Assembly (NCBI GenBank): GCA_004764695.1
Contig: SMSO01000037.1
Span: 2,022,747-2,086,746, forward strand
Length of the DNA: 64,000 nucleotides
Direction: 5' to 3'
Source of the DNA: Schizochytrium sp. TIO01
Lineage: Eukaryota > Protista > Bigyra: Labyrinthulomycetes
Each line of letters starts with the position of its first letter. Position 1 is the first letter of the stretch. Shown one piece after another: positions 35,900-47,249 of the stretch. The notes under the pieces were generated by a model, which was not told the origin of the DNA, did no database searches, and was given only the letters and a program-made list of their open reading frames with translations. The translations under genes and the position numbers were made by a program.

Positions 35900-37450
35900 A
35901 AAGGAAAAAGATACACACTACTCTTACTTACCCATTAGCTACTCACTCAGTAATTACTACACTTAGTTAGTAGTTAGTTAGTTACTGCTTAGTCATTGCT
36001 TACTTGGGTACCTACCACTTAGTTACCTCTTACTAAATGAGATTGGATACACGATTTGATACAAAGATAAACAGATAAATAAATACATAAATACATAAAT
36101 AAACGAAGTCGAAATAAGCAGAACAACAGAAACCTTCAAGACAGGGTTCCCGAGCACCAGCGACGGGGCCTCTCTCTCCCTCTCTCTCCCGCAAGCCAGC
36201 CGGAGGAGCGCGCGAGTGAGCGGTTTGTGGTCGTTGCACATCGTGACCAATGTAATGCAATGCAATGCAATGCAATGTAATGTGAATGCTTGATTGATTG
36301 ATTGATTGATACATAAACAGCGCTATCTTTCAAGTTCTTTCGAAGAGATGCCCCATAGGTAGCAGTTATATATGAGGTGCTAGCAGTCTGGCTTCCTGTT
36401 CTCTGAGCAGATAAAGGATCAAAAGAAAAGAAAAGAAAAGAAAAGAAAAGAAAAGAAAACGAAGAACTGAAGTAAAGCAGAAAGAGAGAAAGAGAGAGAG
36501 AAAGAATACGTTTTGAAGGGTTACTTTGGTTTCCTTTATTCGCTTTCTTAGTTTGCTTCGTCCTTGAAAGCAGCAGATGCCCGAGAACGAGGAGCTGAGG
36601 GCCCTGCCTGCTCTGGCCTGCTCAGAAGACGGCGCCTGGCGGTGCCAGCAGGCCCTCGAGGAGCCCTGCGGAGCCCTGTGGAGCCCTGCGGCCGGCTGGC
36701 TGGCTGGCTTTGCAGGGCCTCGCGAGCGAGAACAGCGTTTGCTTTGTTGGAAAACGCTCTGATCGACCCTTTTCCCATTTTTCTTTATGAAATGATGATC
36801 GACGACGATCCATTCATTCATTCATTGATTGATTGATTGATTCGTTTATTGATTCGTTTATTCATTCGTATATTCATTCGTTTATTCATTCGTTTATTCG
36901 TTTATTTAAAGTTCGAAGTTTATAGTTCGAAGTTCGAAGTTCATTATAAAACGAAAAAGAAAAGGAAAGAAAAAGGGACAATGCTCAAAGATGGATCTCC
37001 GTATGTATGTATGTATGTATGTATGCATGCACCACTCGGCACAGCGACGACCGTCTGAGCGTGCGAAACGGGCTCTTCGTCAGGCAAGCCTGCAGGCTCT
37101 GAGGCCCTGGGCTCACCGCCTCTGCCTTTAGCAACAAGAGGACGGAGGGCACGTGCGTTTGGAGATCTCCGCATTGCTGAGCAAGCTCTCAACTTAAAGG
37201 CCTGTGCTTCGTTCGTCTCGCACTTGCAAGCGTTCACAGATCCGAGCGCTATGGTTTAGGATAGGAGGCCCATAGGAGCAGGGCCCCCGGATGCCCTTGT
37301 TCGAAACGAAACGAATGTGAAGGCATCCGCGCTTCCTCGAGTTCAAGGTAAAGTTCAAGGCAAAGAGCTCAAGATAAAGCTCAAGCTAGGGCTGGAGACG
37401 ATCGCAGCGAGAGTCGAACGGGTCGAACGGCGTGCCAAACTGGCGAGAGA
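35900..37450. repeat. Second SSR-dense intergenic patch ((TAGT)n, (CAATG)n, (GATT)n, (AAAAG)n, (ATTCGTTT)n, (GTAT)n)
   Basis: Directly visible, upstream of the SYLF gene. Confidence 0.85.
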
Positions 37451-38069
37451 GTCGAGGTAGCCAGCAGGATACAGCGCCGTTATGGCAGCCGAGAGGAAGA
37501 GGGCGGGCGCTATTTGCTTGCTGCTACTGTGGTGAGTGAAAGGAAGACTAGCGACGCGGTATCGTACAGCTGCTGGGGTTTATATTAGCACGATAACCAT
37601 GTTTGAAGAACTGTGTCCAACTTCTGTGGAGAGAGGTCACTTGTCCCGATAGGGATTAATGAACCTATGAAATTTGCAAAACTTGCATTTCCTAGGGTGC
37701 CAAAGTGGCAATGGAGGGGGGGTTATGAAGACGAAGCAGCGACGACTCAAAGACAATTCTCAAATTATGCTCTCGCATAGGCAGCGGAAAATGATACCTC
37801 TGGCAGCGTTGATATCACGATCGGCTACGTGTTTGTGTATGTATGTTATGAGCTTGTCGTGGATGGTACCTCCTTATTCATCGCATGGTTTTAAACTGCA
37901 ATACTCTCGGGAAATAACCAGTTTACAACACTAGCGGGAGAAAAGCTCGGCTTTGTGTATAAAGCAGTTGTCTTTAGCTAACGAACGACACCATTCGGAC
38001 TGTCTTAATTTTGCTTCGTCTCGTTGACTTGTTGAGGTTTCAAATTTAGGCAAAAAGATATCACCATAG

Positions 38070-40390
38070 TTTTTACAGATCCAAAGTGCAAGCGTGCGGT
38101 GAATCTTGGTAGTCCACAGTAGGGCGCGCAAGTCCGGCCTTTTGAAGTTGACCCCTCCATCGATGTCTTTGTAGACGGACAAAGGCGTTTGAATAGACAC
38201 GCACTAGGTCACCAATCTGGCATCTGAAATCCTCTTTTTGCTTGGTGGAGGATATTCTGGCACATATCATGGTACGGTCGGTGCTGCCATAGGTGCGCTC
38301 AACGTAGCCACTCTCGTATGTGCGATCGCCTTCTATGAGGCACCCGAAAAGACTTGCTAAATGTCAAACCTCTGATTGAAGTACTTTGCTGGCTTCTATT
38401 ATAAGTTTGCTTCGCTTGTAGTGTTTGGTGGTTCCATTTGCTTATCTAGCCTCCACTTCTTTTAACAAAGCCCTAAATAATTATAAGATATATGTATACG
38501 CAATAGTCACTACCATTTGGCGGTTATAGAAGTTCGAACGTTTTCATAGGTACAGTGGCTTCCTGGACACCCTGTACGCTAGTGTAATACGAATTCGATC
38601 GTTGGGGTGAGTGAAGTTGACGCTGGACGGCCAGGATTTTTAGGAGGGCGTTCTCTGACTTGTCGGAAATCAGGTGCTATAGTACGGAAATACCACAATA
38701 GCGGAGAATTAATCAGATTTCACGTAAAGGCGTGACAAGAACGTGCGTATTCTTTATAAGTTCGCAATATCTTTGCAATGATTTTTGGGGCCTTTTGTTT
38801 AGTTTTATTTCTAAAAGGATTGCACAGGGAAGTAGCAGTCGATCGTGATGAATTCGCTTGAGATAGCTCGCTCTCTTCACTGCAGCACTTCAATAATCAG
38901 GTAAGATTTCAATTTGTCTCTGCAAATTTTATGTGCGGAAGAACAGTTTGGTTATGGTTACCACCGATTTCTTACAATATTGCTTATGAGACAATTGTAG
39001 GCATGGATACTTTGCACCGTGCAATCAGATTGTGAGGATCGAAATGCGATAGTCTGATCGAAATTGAAGCAGGAACTATAATGTAAACACTGAGCTTAGC
39101 TGACTTCATCGATATTGCACACTTGCTTGAAAACAAAGGAAAGACATACATTTTGCAGACCGTGTGAGGTGTGGTATTCTGCGAGACTGCCTACGTCATG
39201 ATTTCTTGGGAGAAGAAGGGCTCCTTATTTTATGTAAGTAGATGGTAAGACCTTCATAATGGCAGGTGGACTGACTATAGATTTCATACACGAGACTTCA
39301 CTTTTTGACTAAAGATTGTTTTCAGATTCGTCACTGTACGCAAAACGTTGAATGTTCTGAGGCGTACGTACTGGTGAATCAGCTTTTGGGATTAGGATTA
39401 CACTAAGCGTAATCACCCACAAACAGTGGCGCGCTCTCTGATGTCACCGGTCATTAGCAGCTTACGATCTGTATGTTTGGTTTCTCTTCGGCAATATAGT
39501 TAATTTCTTTAAAGTAGGCACACCTTGTTGAATCAAATTAATATCTCAAAGATTCATAGAAGTATTGGTGCTTAAGGATGGGGAGTCTGCTCGAAGCAGT
39601 GATATTCCGGGAAAAGACGTTCCCGATAGCTACTCCCCTTACACAAAGTAGACGACGATTGTTGAATTCCTACAATATATAGTGTCAAGAACACCGCAGG
39701 ATCTGACACAATCATTGCATAAACGAGAAAGAAAGCACGCCCCCTGAGTTTAAACTCAGGTTTTTTGCCACTCGTCCAGCATCCACCATTACATTTTCAA
39801 TCAAACACCAACTAAAGGCTCCCAACATTGAAGATAAGCCTCTATTTACTTAGGTTCTAGCAGTCTACCTTGCTTCTTTTGATCCTTCATCGTTGACTTT
39901 CATTTACAGTCGACTACCACCAGCTGAACCTCATTTCCTCATTATCGCTGCCACCTGAGATAAAATTTCTTCCGATGGTAGTTCACTCGCTACTCACGTG
40001 ACCTCCCTTATCTCCTCCGTCACCTCCAGTGCTGGCTGGTCTTTCCTGTTCTGCAGAGTCTTTCATTCGTGGTCATTGTCTAGTTCTCCTGAATCTCGCT
40101 GCGAGGCACATTTACTGCAGGGTCTCAGGTGACCCTGCTGGGACACGCGAGTGTGTACCTAATGGCGGACTGCGCAACCCGCTTCTACAAATGACTGGCA
40201 AGGGCGTTTCCAAGTTTAGTTATAGCTAAGTCTTTATACCTCCAAGTACTGCCGCTGCAGTAGCAGTAGCACTTCTTCGGAAGAGTCAGTGATGCGTTGC
40301 AGGAGGGAATGCCATGACGTTTACATTGGCAGGAATCGCCTTCCGTCCCCGACGCTTCGGCCTTCTCTGCCTTTTCTCTAAAAGCCACTT
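38070..40390 (-). mobile_element. Possible heavily decayed Ty3/gypsy-like retroelement relic
   Basis: Minus-strand fragments in gag-pol order: KKCYCYCSGSTWRYKD (zinc-knuckle-like, ~40250), VMVDAG (protease-like, ~39785), and FRCQIGDLVRV…RHRWRG (integrase C-terminal-like, ~38200). Many stops; no RT motif or LTRs recognised. Confidence 0.25.
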
Positions 40391-40524
40391 CGCGGGTGCG
40401 CTCAGCTTGGACTAATTATTAGTATTACTTGGCGCGGCACTGACCTCGCTGCTAGTGTTAAGGGTAGGTGTGGGCTGTAGCACTCGGAGCTCCAACGTAA
40501 TACATTTAGGCCTATTTATGATGT

Positions 40525-40532
40525 GATTGATT

Positions 40533-40595
<63 letters not shown>

Positions 40596-40596
40596 A

Positions 40597-40685
<89 letters not shown>
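40525..40685. repeat. (GATT)n ~160 bp with GATA variants
   Basis: Directly visible. Confidence 0.97.
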
Positions 40686-40686
<1 letters not shown>

Positions 40687-42219
40687 GAAGAGTTACTGTT
40701 ACTGTTTATGTCTTACTATATTAAATGGATTGTTGTGAATATTGAAGCACTCTTGGCACACAAATTGGTATAGATCTCTCTCTGTGTTTGTAGAGATGGC
40801 TTTGAGGTGGTAGAGTGATAGTGCAGCTGCAGACGAAGAGCCGTCCCTGACGAGAAAGAGGCAAGGAAACACTCGAAGGAAACGCCATGCAAACGGTCTT
40901 AGGCACAATCAATGAACTAAATGCACTGGTTCTACTGCGATTTCTTTTATTTATTTTCATAATTAAAATTAAGAAAAAGGATTAAGAGTTGAATAGAGAT
41001 ATCAATGGCATACCGCTGGGTAAGTAATAGCTGTAGTAGTTCTTTCGTAGTACTGCTGCTGGTCAAACCCCATGGTTTATAAGGGGCCCTCTTTGAGCAG
41101 CGTTCTTAAAGCGCATAAAGGGAGCTATCTGATCATAGTCTCGGGCGGAGAAAAAGAACGTTGATAAGAACCAAAATCAACGAACAGGGTATACTACAAG
41201 TTAAAATGTGAGCTAAAATGTAATGCAACGCAGGCAGCGCAGGTACCTCTAGAGGCAGCCCCTAGTGCTAGCGTCCAAACAAAATGACTGAGGCCTGAGC
41301 GAACTCTATGCATGATTCCTGAATGATCTTAACTATTCGCAGCCTGTCCTCCTGCTCGATGATGGAGGCAGAAAAACGCCGGTGCTGCACATCCATCCTC
41401 TATGACTCTCATATTGCGCAGTAGGTAGGTACCTACGGCATAGTAAGAGTAAGAGGAGAAAAGAACAGAAAAGAAAGAAAAGAAAAGAAGAGGAAAGAAA
41501 GAAAAGAAAAGAAAAGAAGAGGAATGAAAGAAAAGGGAGAGAAAGAACGCAGCTCGTGGAGGCGGAAAGCTGCAGGCCAAAGCCATTCCACTTGTGGCAG
41601 ACCAGACACTCGCAAGGTAGGTAGTAGGAACGGAGGGCGGGGTTCTCACAGCACACGGTTCGCAGGTGATGCGATGCCTGCGACAATCTTGTCCCCGCGT
41701 CCACCTGGGCCGCGAATAATAGGGTTGATGGGGTGAATTGAGCGGACGAATGAGTGAATGAAAGGCTGCGGCCGAGAGGGGCTAATTGCAATACGCCGCA
41801 AGACAAGGTTTGCTCCACAATAGACCGCAGCAGGCTGTGTACGATAAACCACGGAGGGCGCGGAGGAGTATGGACACGGGATTGAATGATAGATGGCTGG
41901 GTTGAATTGGGAACAGGTGTAGAGTAGCTTGAAAAAGTTGCTGAGGAGTCTGTTTGCAATATAAACTTTGTTTATATGTATACCACCGACGTGGCAGCGC
42001 TTGGCTTTGCATAACGCTTCCAATGTGCTATTTTGGAGAGGTGCGAGGAGATCCTGGAAGCAGATTTGACTAACATGTTTTTGTTCTGTTTTCATCTTGA
42101 TTGCAATCATAATCTATCTCTGACTTCGATTCATGTTCTTAATGTGGTGTTGATGACGGTCACGTTTAATCTGGCATGTTCGTAGACTCTAAACCACCAC
42201 CAACAACAACACTAGCAAA

Positions 42220-42540
42220 ATGCTCTCTGCTCTCCGCCAGATGACCCGCGTGGGTGCCGCCCCCCAGTTCCAGGCTGTGCGTATGCTCTCCACCACCACC
42301 GAGACCCTCAAGGGCACCGTCAAGTGGTTCGATGACCGCAAGGGCTTCGGCTTCATCCTCCCCAAGGACGGTGGCAGCGACATCTTCGTTCACTTCAGCG
42401 GCATCAAGGCCCAGGATGACGAGTACCGCACCCTTCGTGACGACGACATCGTTGAGTACAAGGTCCAGGTTGACCCCATCAACGGCCGCCAGCAGGCTCG
42501 CGATGTCCGCAAGCTCAACACCACTCCTCGCAAGGAGTAA
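42220..42540 (+). CDS. Single cold-shock-domain (CspA-like) RNA-binding protein with a probable mitochondrial presequence, 106 aa
   Basis: KGTVKWF, RNP1 KGFGFI and RNP2 DIFVHFS. The N-terminal 27 aa are Arg/Ala/Leu/Ser/Thr-rich with no acidic residues and include VRMLS. Strong C-ending codon bias. Confidence 0.93.
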   Translation: MLSALRQMTRVGAAPQFQAVRMLSTTTETLKGTVKWFDDRKGFGFILPKDGGSDIFVHFSGIKAQDDEYRTLRDDDIVEYKVQVDPINGRQQARDVRKLNTTPRKE

Positions 42541-43838
42541 ACTTGTTTGATCTCCTAACTTTTGGTGCTGCTGAGCACGAAAAAAACTATTGAAACCCCA
42601 ACCTTTGTCAGAAGGTGCCGATCAACCTCCATAACTAGGATGATACCAATTATGTGTTTTCGTGACGTCAAGACAAAATGAATATTCCAAACCTGTTCAT
42701 TTGCAAATCTGTGTTCATCAATCCATTCATGGTTGGTACAACAATGTGAAACCCGCTTTGCAAGCAAGTAAACATTCATCCATGACTTGCGCTGTAGGGG
42801 GTAGTCTATACATGACTTCTTTCCTGCTTCATACTCTTTTTCCTTTGCTCTTCTTACCCTGCTTTAGACTTATCAAGCCTGAATAGATCTGGAAATAATG
42901 CAATCTTCAAAGTATCGATTAGTGATTAATGGATGTTTGCTCATGTCTTTAATTAATAGTTCTGGTCATCATGCAAACAACCATCTTCCTTGCGTTTTTC
43001 TCTGCCCGCACTTCTTTCCTTCCTCCCTTATATGTCTTCATTACAAAATCGTTGACCTTTTCCCTTCCTTACGAAGATAGGCGATAGTAGGCTTTGGAAG
43101 GCAAAGCTCGGTCTTCATATTTCTTTTTATTTGTTTTCAAGTTTAACATTTTCAGGGCCTTCCAACCTCCATTACAATTGCGTGCAGGTCGTCGTTGAGA
43201 AAAGAATTTTTAACCATACTCCCCATTCCTCTTTGGAACAGTTTTCCTGCATCTTTCATTGCTCTTTTCGCAACGGTGACTCCATCTCTCGGTTCTTCGA
43301 TCGTTTTCTTTAGCCAAACTCTTAATGTTTAAATCAGCGCTGATGATTGTTAAAATTGTGATTATAGCTCTACAACACAGTGGTAGAAATATTATCCCGA
43401 CATATCTCTTCGAATAAAGAATAAAGAGGAATGACAAGACCTTCACTTGATAAAATACTACATTGGTTAAAGGATTCTCTAAAATTGCTTACAAATGTAG
43501 CCTTAAAATTGTACATGATGCTCTTTCACAATAATTACATATAATATTGAATGGAATACAGAAAATTACACAATTGACTTGTCAATTAGTTTTAATATTT
43601 CTCTAATAAGTTCATTATACTCTGTCTGATTTTCCAGACAAGAAACACATGCCAGTGGGACAGAGGGACCACTTGACCACTTAAGCACTTTTTATCCGAA
43701 TCTATCTTCGACTCTGCTGTAGTAAATTTTAGGTATGCCCAAACAGATTTTCCCTCCTTGTGCTAATAATAATGATAATGAATGCACATACCTACATACT
43801 TCGTACACATGAGTATGTGATGGATTATTGCTCAAAGG

Positions 43839-46800
43839 TTAAAACGGATAAAGTGGATGCTCTGTAAAAATTACATCAGATGCGGGAAGATCTGCAATGC
43901 ATAGAAGCGTTTCCATAATGGATGATACAAGCTTTGTGTTTCCTCGGTCATGAGCAAAGACAAATTTACGGATTGCCTCTGCGTCAAGTGGAAACATGAT
44001 TTTGGCCTTCTCTAAGTCCACTTGTGCGCAGTGTCGCCCAAGTAGTGTCCACATACCGAGCTCCTTTGCATAATCGTCACGGATACGGCGCTCACGTAAA
44101 CTCACACCTATTACTTTTAGCGCTGGCTCATTCCGTGCTTCCAAAGCATTGACAAGAGCATAGTAGGGTTCGAGAAAGTGCACGCGATAAAGCGTACGTA
44201 CCGTGGTAACTGAGACAGGAGTTGAGGTCATGATTTCATTGGTCCATTTCATGACTAAATGTTCAAGCTTCGCCATAAGCTTTAGCGCATAACTTTCATG
44301 CTTCTTTGCCAGTTTAAATGAGACACCGGGCGCGAATTTGGGTAAGACTTTATCATAAAATACGGACTTCCACTTGCAAATTTCTGGATCAGTCACAGAA
44401 TCACGTCCACCAAACTTGCAAAACTCGCACTTGCAAGTAAAACTATATTTGCGTTGCAGGTCCCCTGATGGGCCATAGTAAACAGCAGGGGTATAGCAAG
44501 ATGTAAGTGGAGTTCCCTTTTTGATATCTTGAGAAGCCTGCACAAAACAAAGATGGCCAAAATGCAAACGTTTTGTGTTTGGCACACAGCTGTGGCCAAT
44601 GAAGGAAGGCAAATCCCAGAGACACGTGCGCCGGGATGACACCATGACTGGGCATTGATTTTTGCTTAAAAGCATGTCCACACCATTTTTAAAGTCATAG
44701 GAAGTAACACGGTGTAAAAGAGAGATGCGACGCACACGGGCTTCATCAGAAGCTCCCTCCATACAGCTTATACCCTTGTGAGTACCAGGAAGCCCTAAGA
44801 CACACTGCAAAAGTTCAGGATTACTCTTAGTTTGCTCGAAGAGAGCAGTCCCAAGCGGGTCCACATCCGGATACTCAATAGAGTATTGCACAAAAGCTTC
44901 AAGTTGCTCGTTGCTCATAGCTACTAGGTCTACAGACTTGATTTGATGGATCTTGCAGAAACTCCTCAGTAGATCTTTACATCGCGCCATTGAAGGAGTG
45001 TTATGCGTGGGAGTTCCCCCGGACAAAGCCGGAACCCCTGTATCCTCAGGTTTCTGTAGCGCATTTAAGGATGACAACAACGCAGGCAACCCGCCCGTGC
45101 CACCAACTCCTGAAACATTGCTCAATATCTGTTGCATCGACTGGTTTGATGCCTGAAAGTAGCGCCCAAAGAGCTCTTCACAGAGCGCTTCTTGTTTCAT
45201 GAGTTCCCGAGCAACTTTGGCATGATCGATCTCACCGTTGTCTTTAAGAGCACCCATACCTTCTGCAATCTGAAAGCAAGTCTGCCGCATCATGTCATAT
45301 TCTGCAGGATCATTTTCATTCTTAGTAAGAAGAAACTGACAGAATCGTCGCAGAAGATCCTGCTGTTTAGCAGACGTTTTGTGTTCCACAAGCAAATCAT
45401 AGAGCTCCTTGTATAAGCTTGAGAATGCCGCCTCGCAACCCATTCTCACAAACGCTCGGTCGCAGTCATTTTCAGGCAAGCAAATGAGTGCTTTAGAGAC
45501 GAAAATGAGGTCGCCTTCCTTGTAGTCATGTGATGCAACGAGCCCACTCACATGACGTAATTCATCATCCCCATCGTTGCTTTCTACAGCCACTTTATCT
45601 GCATTTTGTTCTACACTAATGTTCTCCACTTGATTGCTGCCTTGGCCTTGGCCGTCTGTGTCGATTGCTTTATGAGATTCTTGATCCCCTGCAGTGTCAC
45701 TGCCTCCTTGACGTTGATGTCCACCATCATCGTCATCGAGGTGCTGACGTGGAGAGCTGGTCGGCACGTATGCCTCTGGTCTAACGTAACTTTTGGTCAC
45801 GCCATCGAGGTTAAACTCAAAATGGTTGCGGCCTGGGTCGCTTTCTTGAAAAATATTTTCAAAATCATACATCCCTCCTGCTTGTTCGTGGTAGAGCACA
45901 CGGCACTGTGCCGCCTGAACACCGAAGATTGGGTCACGTAGCATTTTGTTGTTTCGGCGCTGCAATCTTTTTGACAATAATTGGCGGCGTCCAAATGAAC
46001 CAATACTTTCTGCCTGTTCGATGGAGGCTACCGCAGCAGCAAACTTGCAAAGGCGTGTCTGTGCCACGCTTTTCCAAAAATAGGTTTTCACCTCCATGCC
46101 AGTGGACCTAAACATGGACGCTTCCACTAAACACTGTTCTGCCTTAGCCCACTTGTCAAGTTGGCACAGTGTGATACCAAGGTTTCGCACTGTGATTGCC
46201 GCTTGATGTAAGGTTTGAAGCTCACCTTCATCTGAGCTGTCTTCACACCGATGTGCTGAAAAGTGAAACATACGGATTCCATCTTCAGGGTCAACCCACA
46301 TGCTCGTCGACACACTGAGTACACGTGAAAGGCAAATCAGACTGACCAGAGCCACCTCATATGAACTTCTGGCCCCCTCAAAATTTCCTTCGCGAAACAT
46401 AGTGTCGCCAACTTGCATGCAGAACCTCGGGAGCAAAATGGCATCCACGGTCCGCTGCAGACCTTCAGCAAAGACTTCCCTGGGTGTCTTTGAGATTTCC
46501 GCCAAAAAGTCAATATTGATCTCAGAAGTTTCTGCCATCCGGCCTGCAGCATTTAAAACATCCTGATACGCTGCATCATCCACATCCACCATACTGACAC
46601 TATCGGTCCCATGGCTGCCAAGATGACTCAGCAACTCGAGTTCCTCTTTTAAATTTTCATCGTCCTCTCCAGTGGTAGCAGAATCCATCCTCAAATCCTC
46701 TATAGAACCCTTTCCAGAACTCTTTAATGGGTCAATTTCCAGGTCTTTTGCAAATTCAAACGAAGGAGTCTCCATTATCCCTGATTCATGATTTGCCACA

Positions 46801-46922
46801 GTACCCTTCGGTGTTGTCTTTGCCGCCGCAAGACATTCATCCTTAGCGACTGTGTCGGCCTCCTCCATGACGGCCTCCTGGTCTCGCAGGCCGTCAATTT
46901 TTTTTGCAGGGTGACCAGACAT
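43839..46922 (-). CDS. TPR + split SET-domain protein (SMYD/Set5-like lysine methyltransferase family), ~1027 aa
   Basis: TPR helices (GDTMFREGNFEGARSSYEVAL; NLGITLCQLDKWAKAEQCL; VKTYFWKSVAQTRL). SET N-half GLVASHDYKEGDLIF, C-half FIGHSCVPN…ASQDIKKGTPLTSCY, post-SET FTCKCEFC. First in-frame ATG is at 46922. Confidence 0.85.
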   Translation of the reverse strand: MSGHPAKKIDGLRDQEAVMEEADTVAKDECLAAAKTTPKGTVANHESGIMETPSFEFAKDLEIDPLKSSGKGSIEDLRMDSATTGEDDENLKEELELLSHLGSHGTDSVSMVDVDDAAYQDVLNAAGRMAETSEINIDFLAEISKTPREVFAEGLQRTVDAILLPRFCMQVGDTMFREGNFEGARSSYEVALVSLICLSRVLSVSTSMWVDPEDGIRMFHFSAHRCEDSSDEGELQTLHQAAITVRNLGITLCQLDKWAKAEQCLVEASMFRSTGMEVKTYFWKSVAQTRLCKFAAAVASIEQAESIGSFGRRQLLSKRLQRRNNKMLRDPIFGVQAAQCRVLYHEQAGGMYDFENIFQESDPGRNHFEFNLDGVTKSYVRPEAYVPTSSPRQHLDDDDGGHQRQGGSDTAGDQESHKAIDTDGQGQGSNQVENISVEQNADKVAVESNDGDDELRHVSGLVASHDYKEGDLIFVSKALICLPENDCDRAFVRMGCEAAFSSLYKELYDLLVEHKTSAKQQDLLRRFCQFLLTKNENDPAEYDMMRQTCFQIAEGMGALKDNGEIDHAKVARELMKQEALCEELFGRYFQASNQSMQQILSNVSGVGGTGGLPALLSSLNALQKPEDTGVPALSGGTPTHNTPSMARCKDLLRSFCKIHQIKSVDLVAMSNEQLEAFVQYSIEYPDVDPLGTALFEQTKSNPELLQCVLGLPGTHKGISCMEGASDEARVRRISLLHRVTSYDFKNGVDMLLSKNQCPVMVSSRRTCLWDLPSFIGHSCVPNTKRLHFGHLCFVQASQDIKKGTPLTSCYTPAVYYGPSGDLQRKYSFTCKCEFCKFGGRDSVTDPEICKWKSVFYDKVLPKFAPGVSFKLAKKHESYALKLMAKLEHLVMKWTNEIMTSTPVSVTTVRTLYRVHFLEPYYALVNALEARNEPALKVIGVSLRERRIRDDYAKELGMWTLLGRHCAQVDLEKAKIMFPLDAEAIRKFVFAHDRGNTKLVSSIMETLLCIADLPASDVIFTEHPLYPF

Positions 46923-47249
46923 TAGCGACCGTGAGGCCTGCACCAGAAAGGACTCCAGCGCCGGCCCAGCAGGCGCTGCACAGCAACGCCGTCGCCAGCA
47001 GAGTCAAGGTCGCGGGAGGAGCAAGTCTGCTAGCTGTGGCTCTGCTATGACCCCTTTGTCTCTTTCCCTTTCGCTCCATTGCTTTTGCACAGCTCAAGGA
47101 CTACTAATGTTTTAGATAGTTATGTCCTAGGAATGAGAGTGTAGGTTTATGTCTCTCGAAGAGTGGTGATTTAAGCCATTTAGGCCCTTTTGGGTTTAGA
47201 GAGTAGCAGAGTTGCCACTGTATCGCCATTGCCATAAAGGGTTATTTTA

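Noticed and set aside
36905-36945. GTTCGA T-loop-like words suggesting a tRNA
   Set aside because: They are a short tandem (AGTTCGA) repeat with no cloverleaf or A-box.
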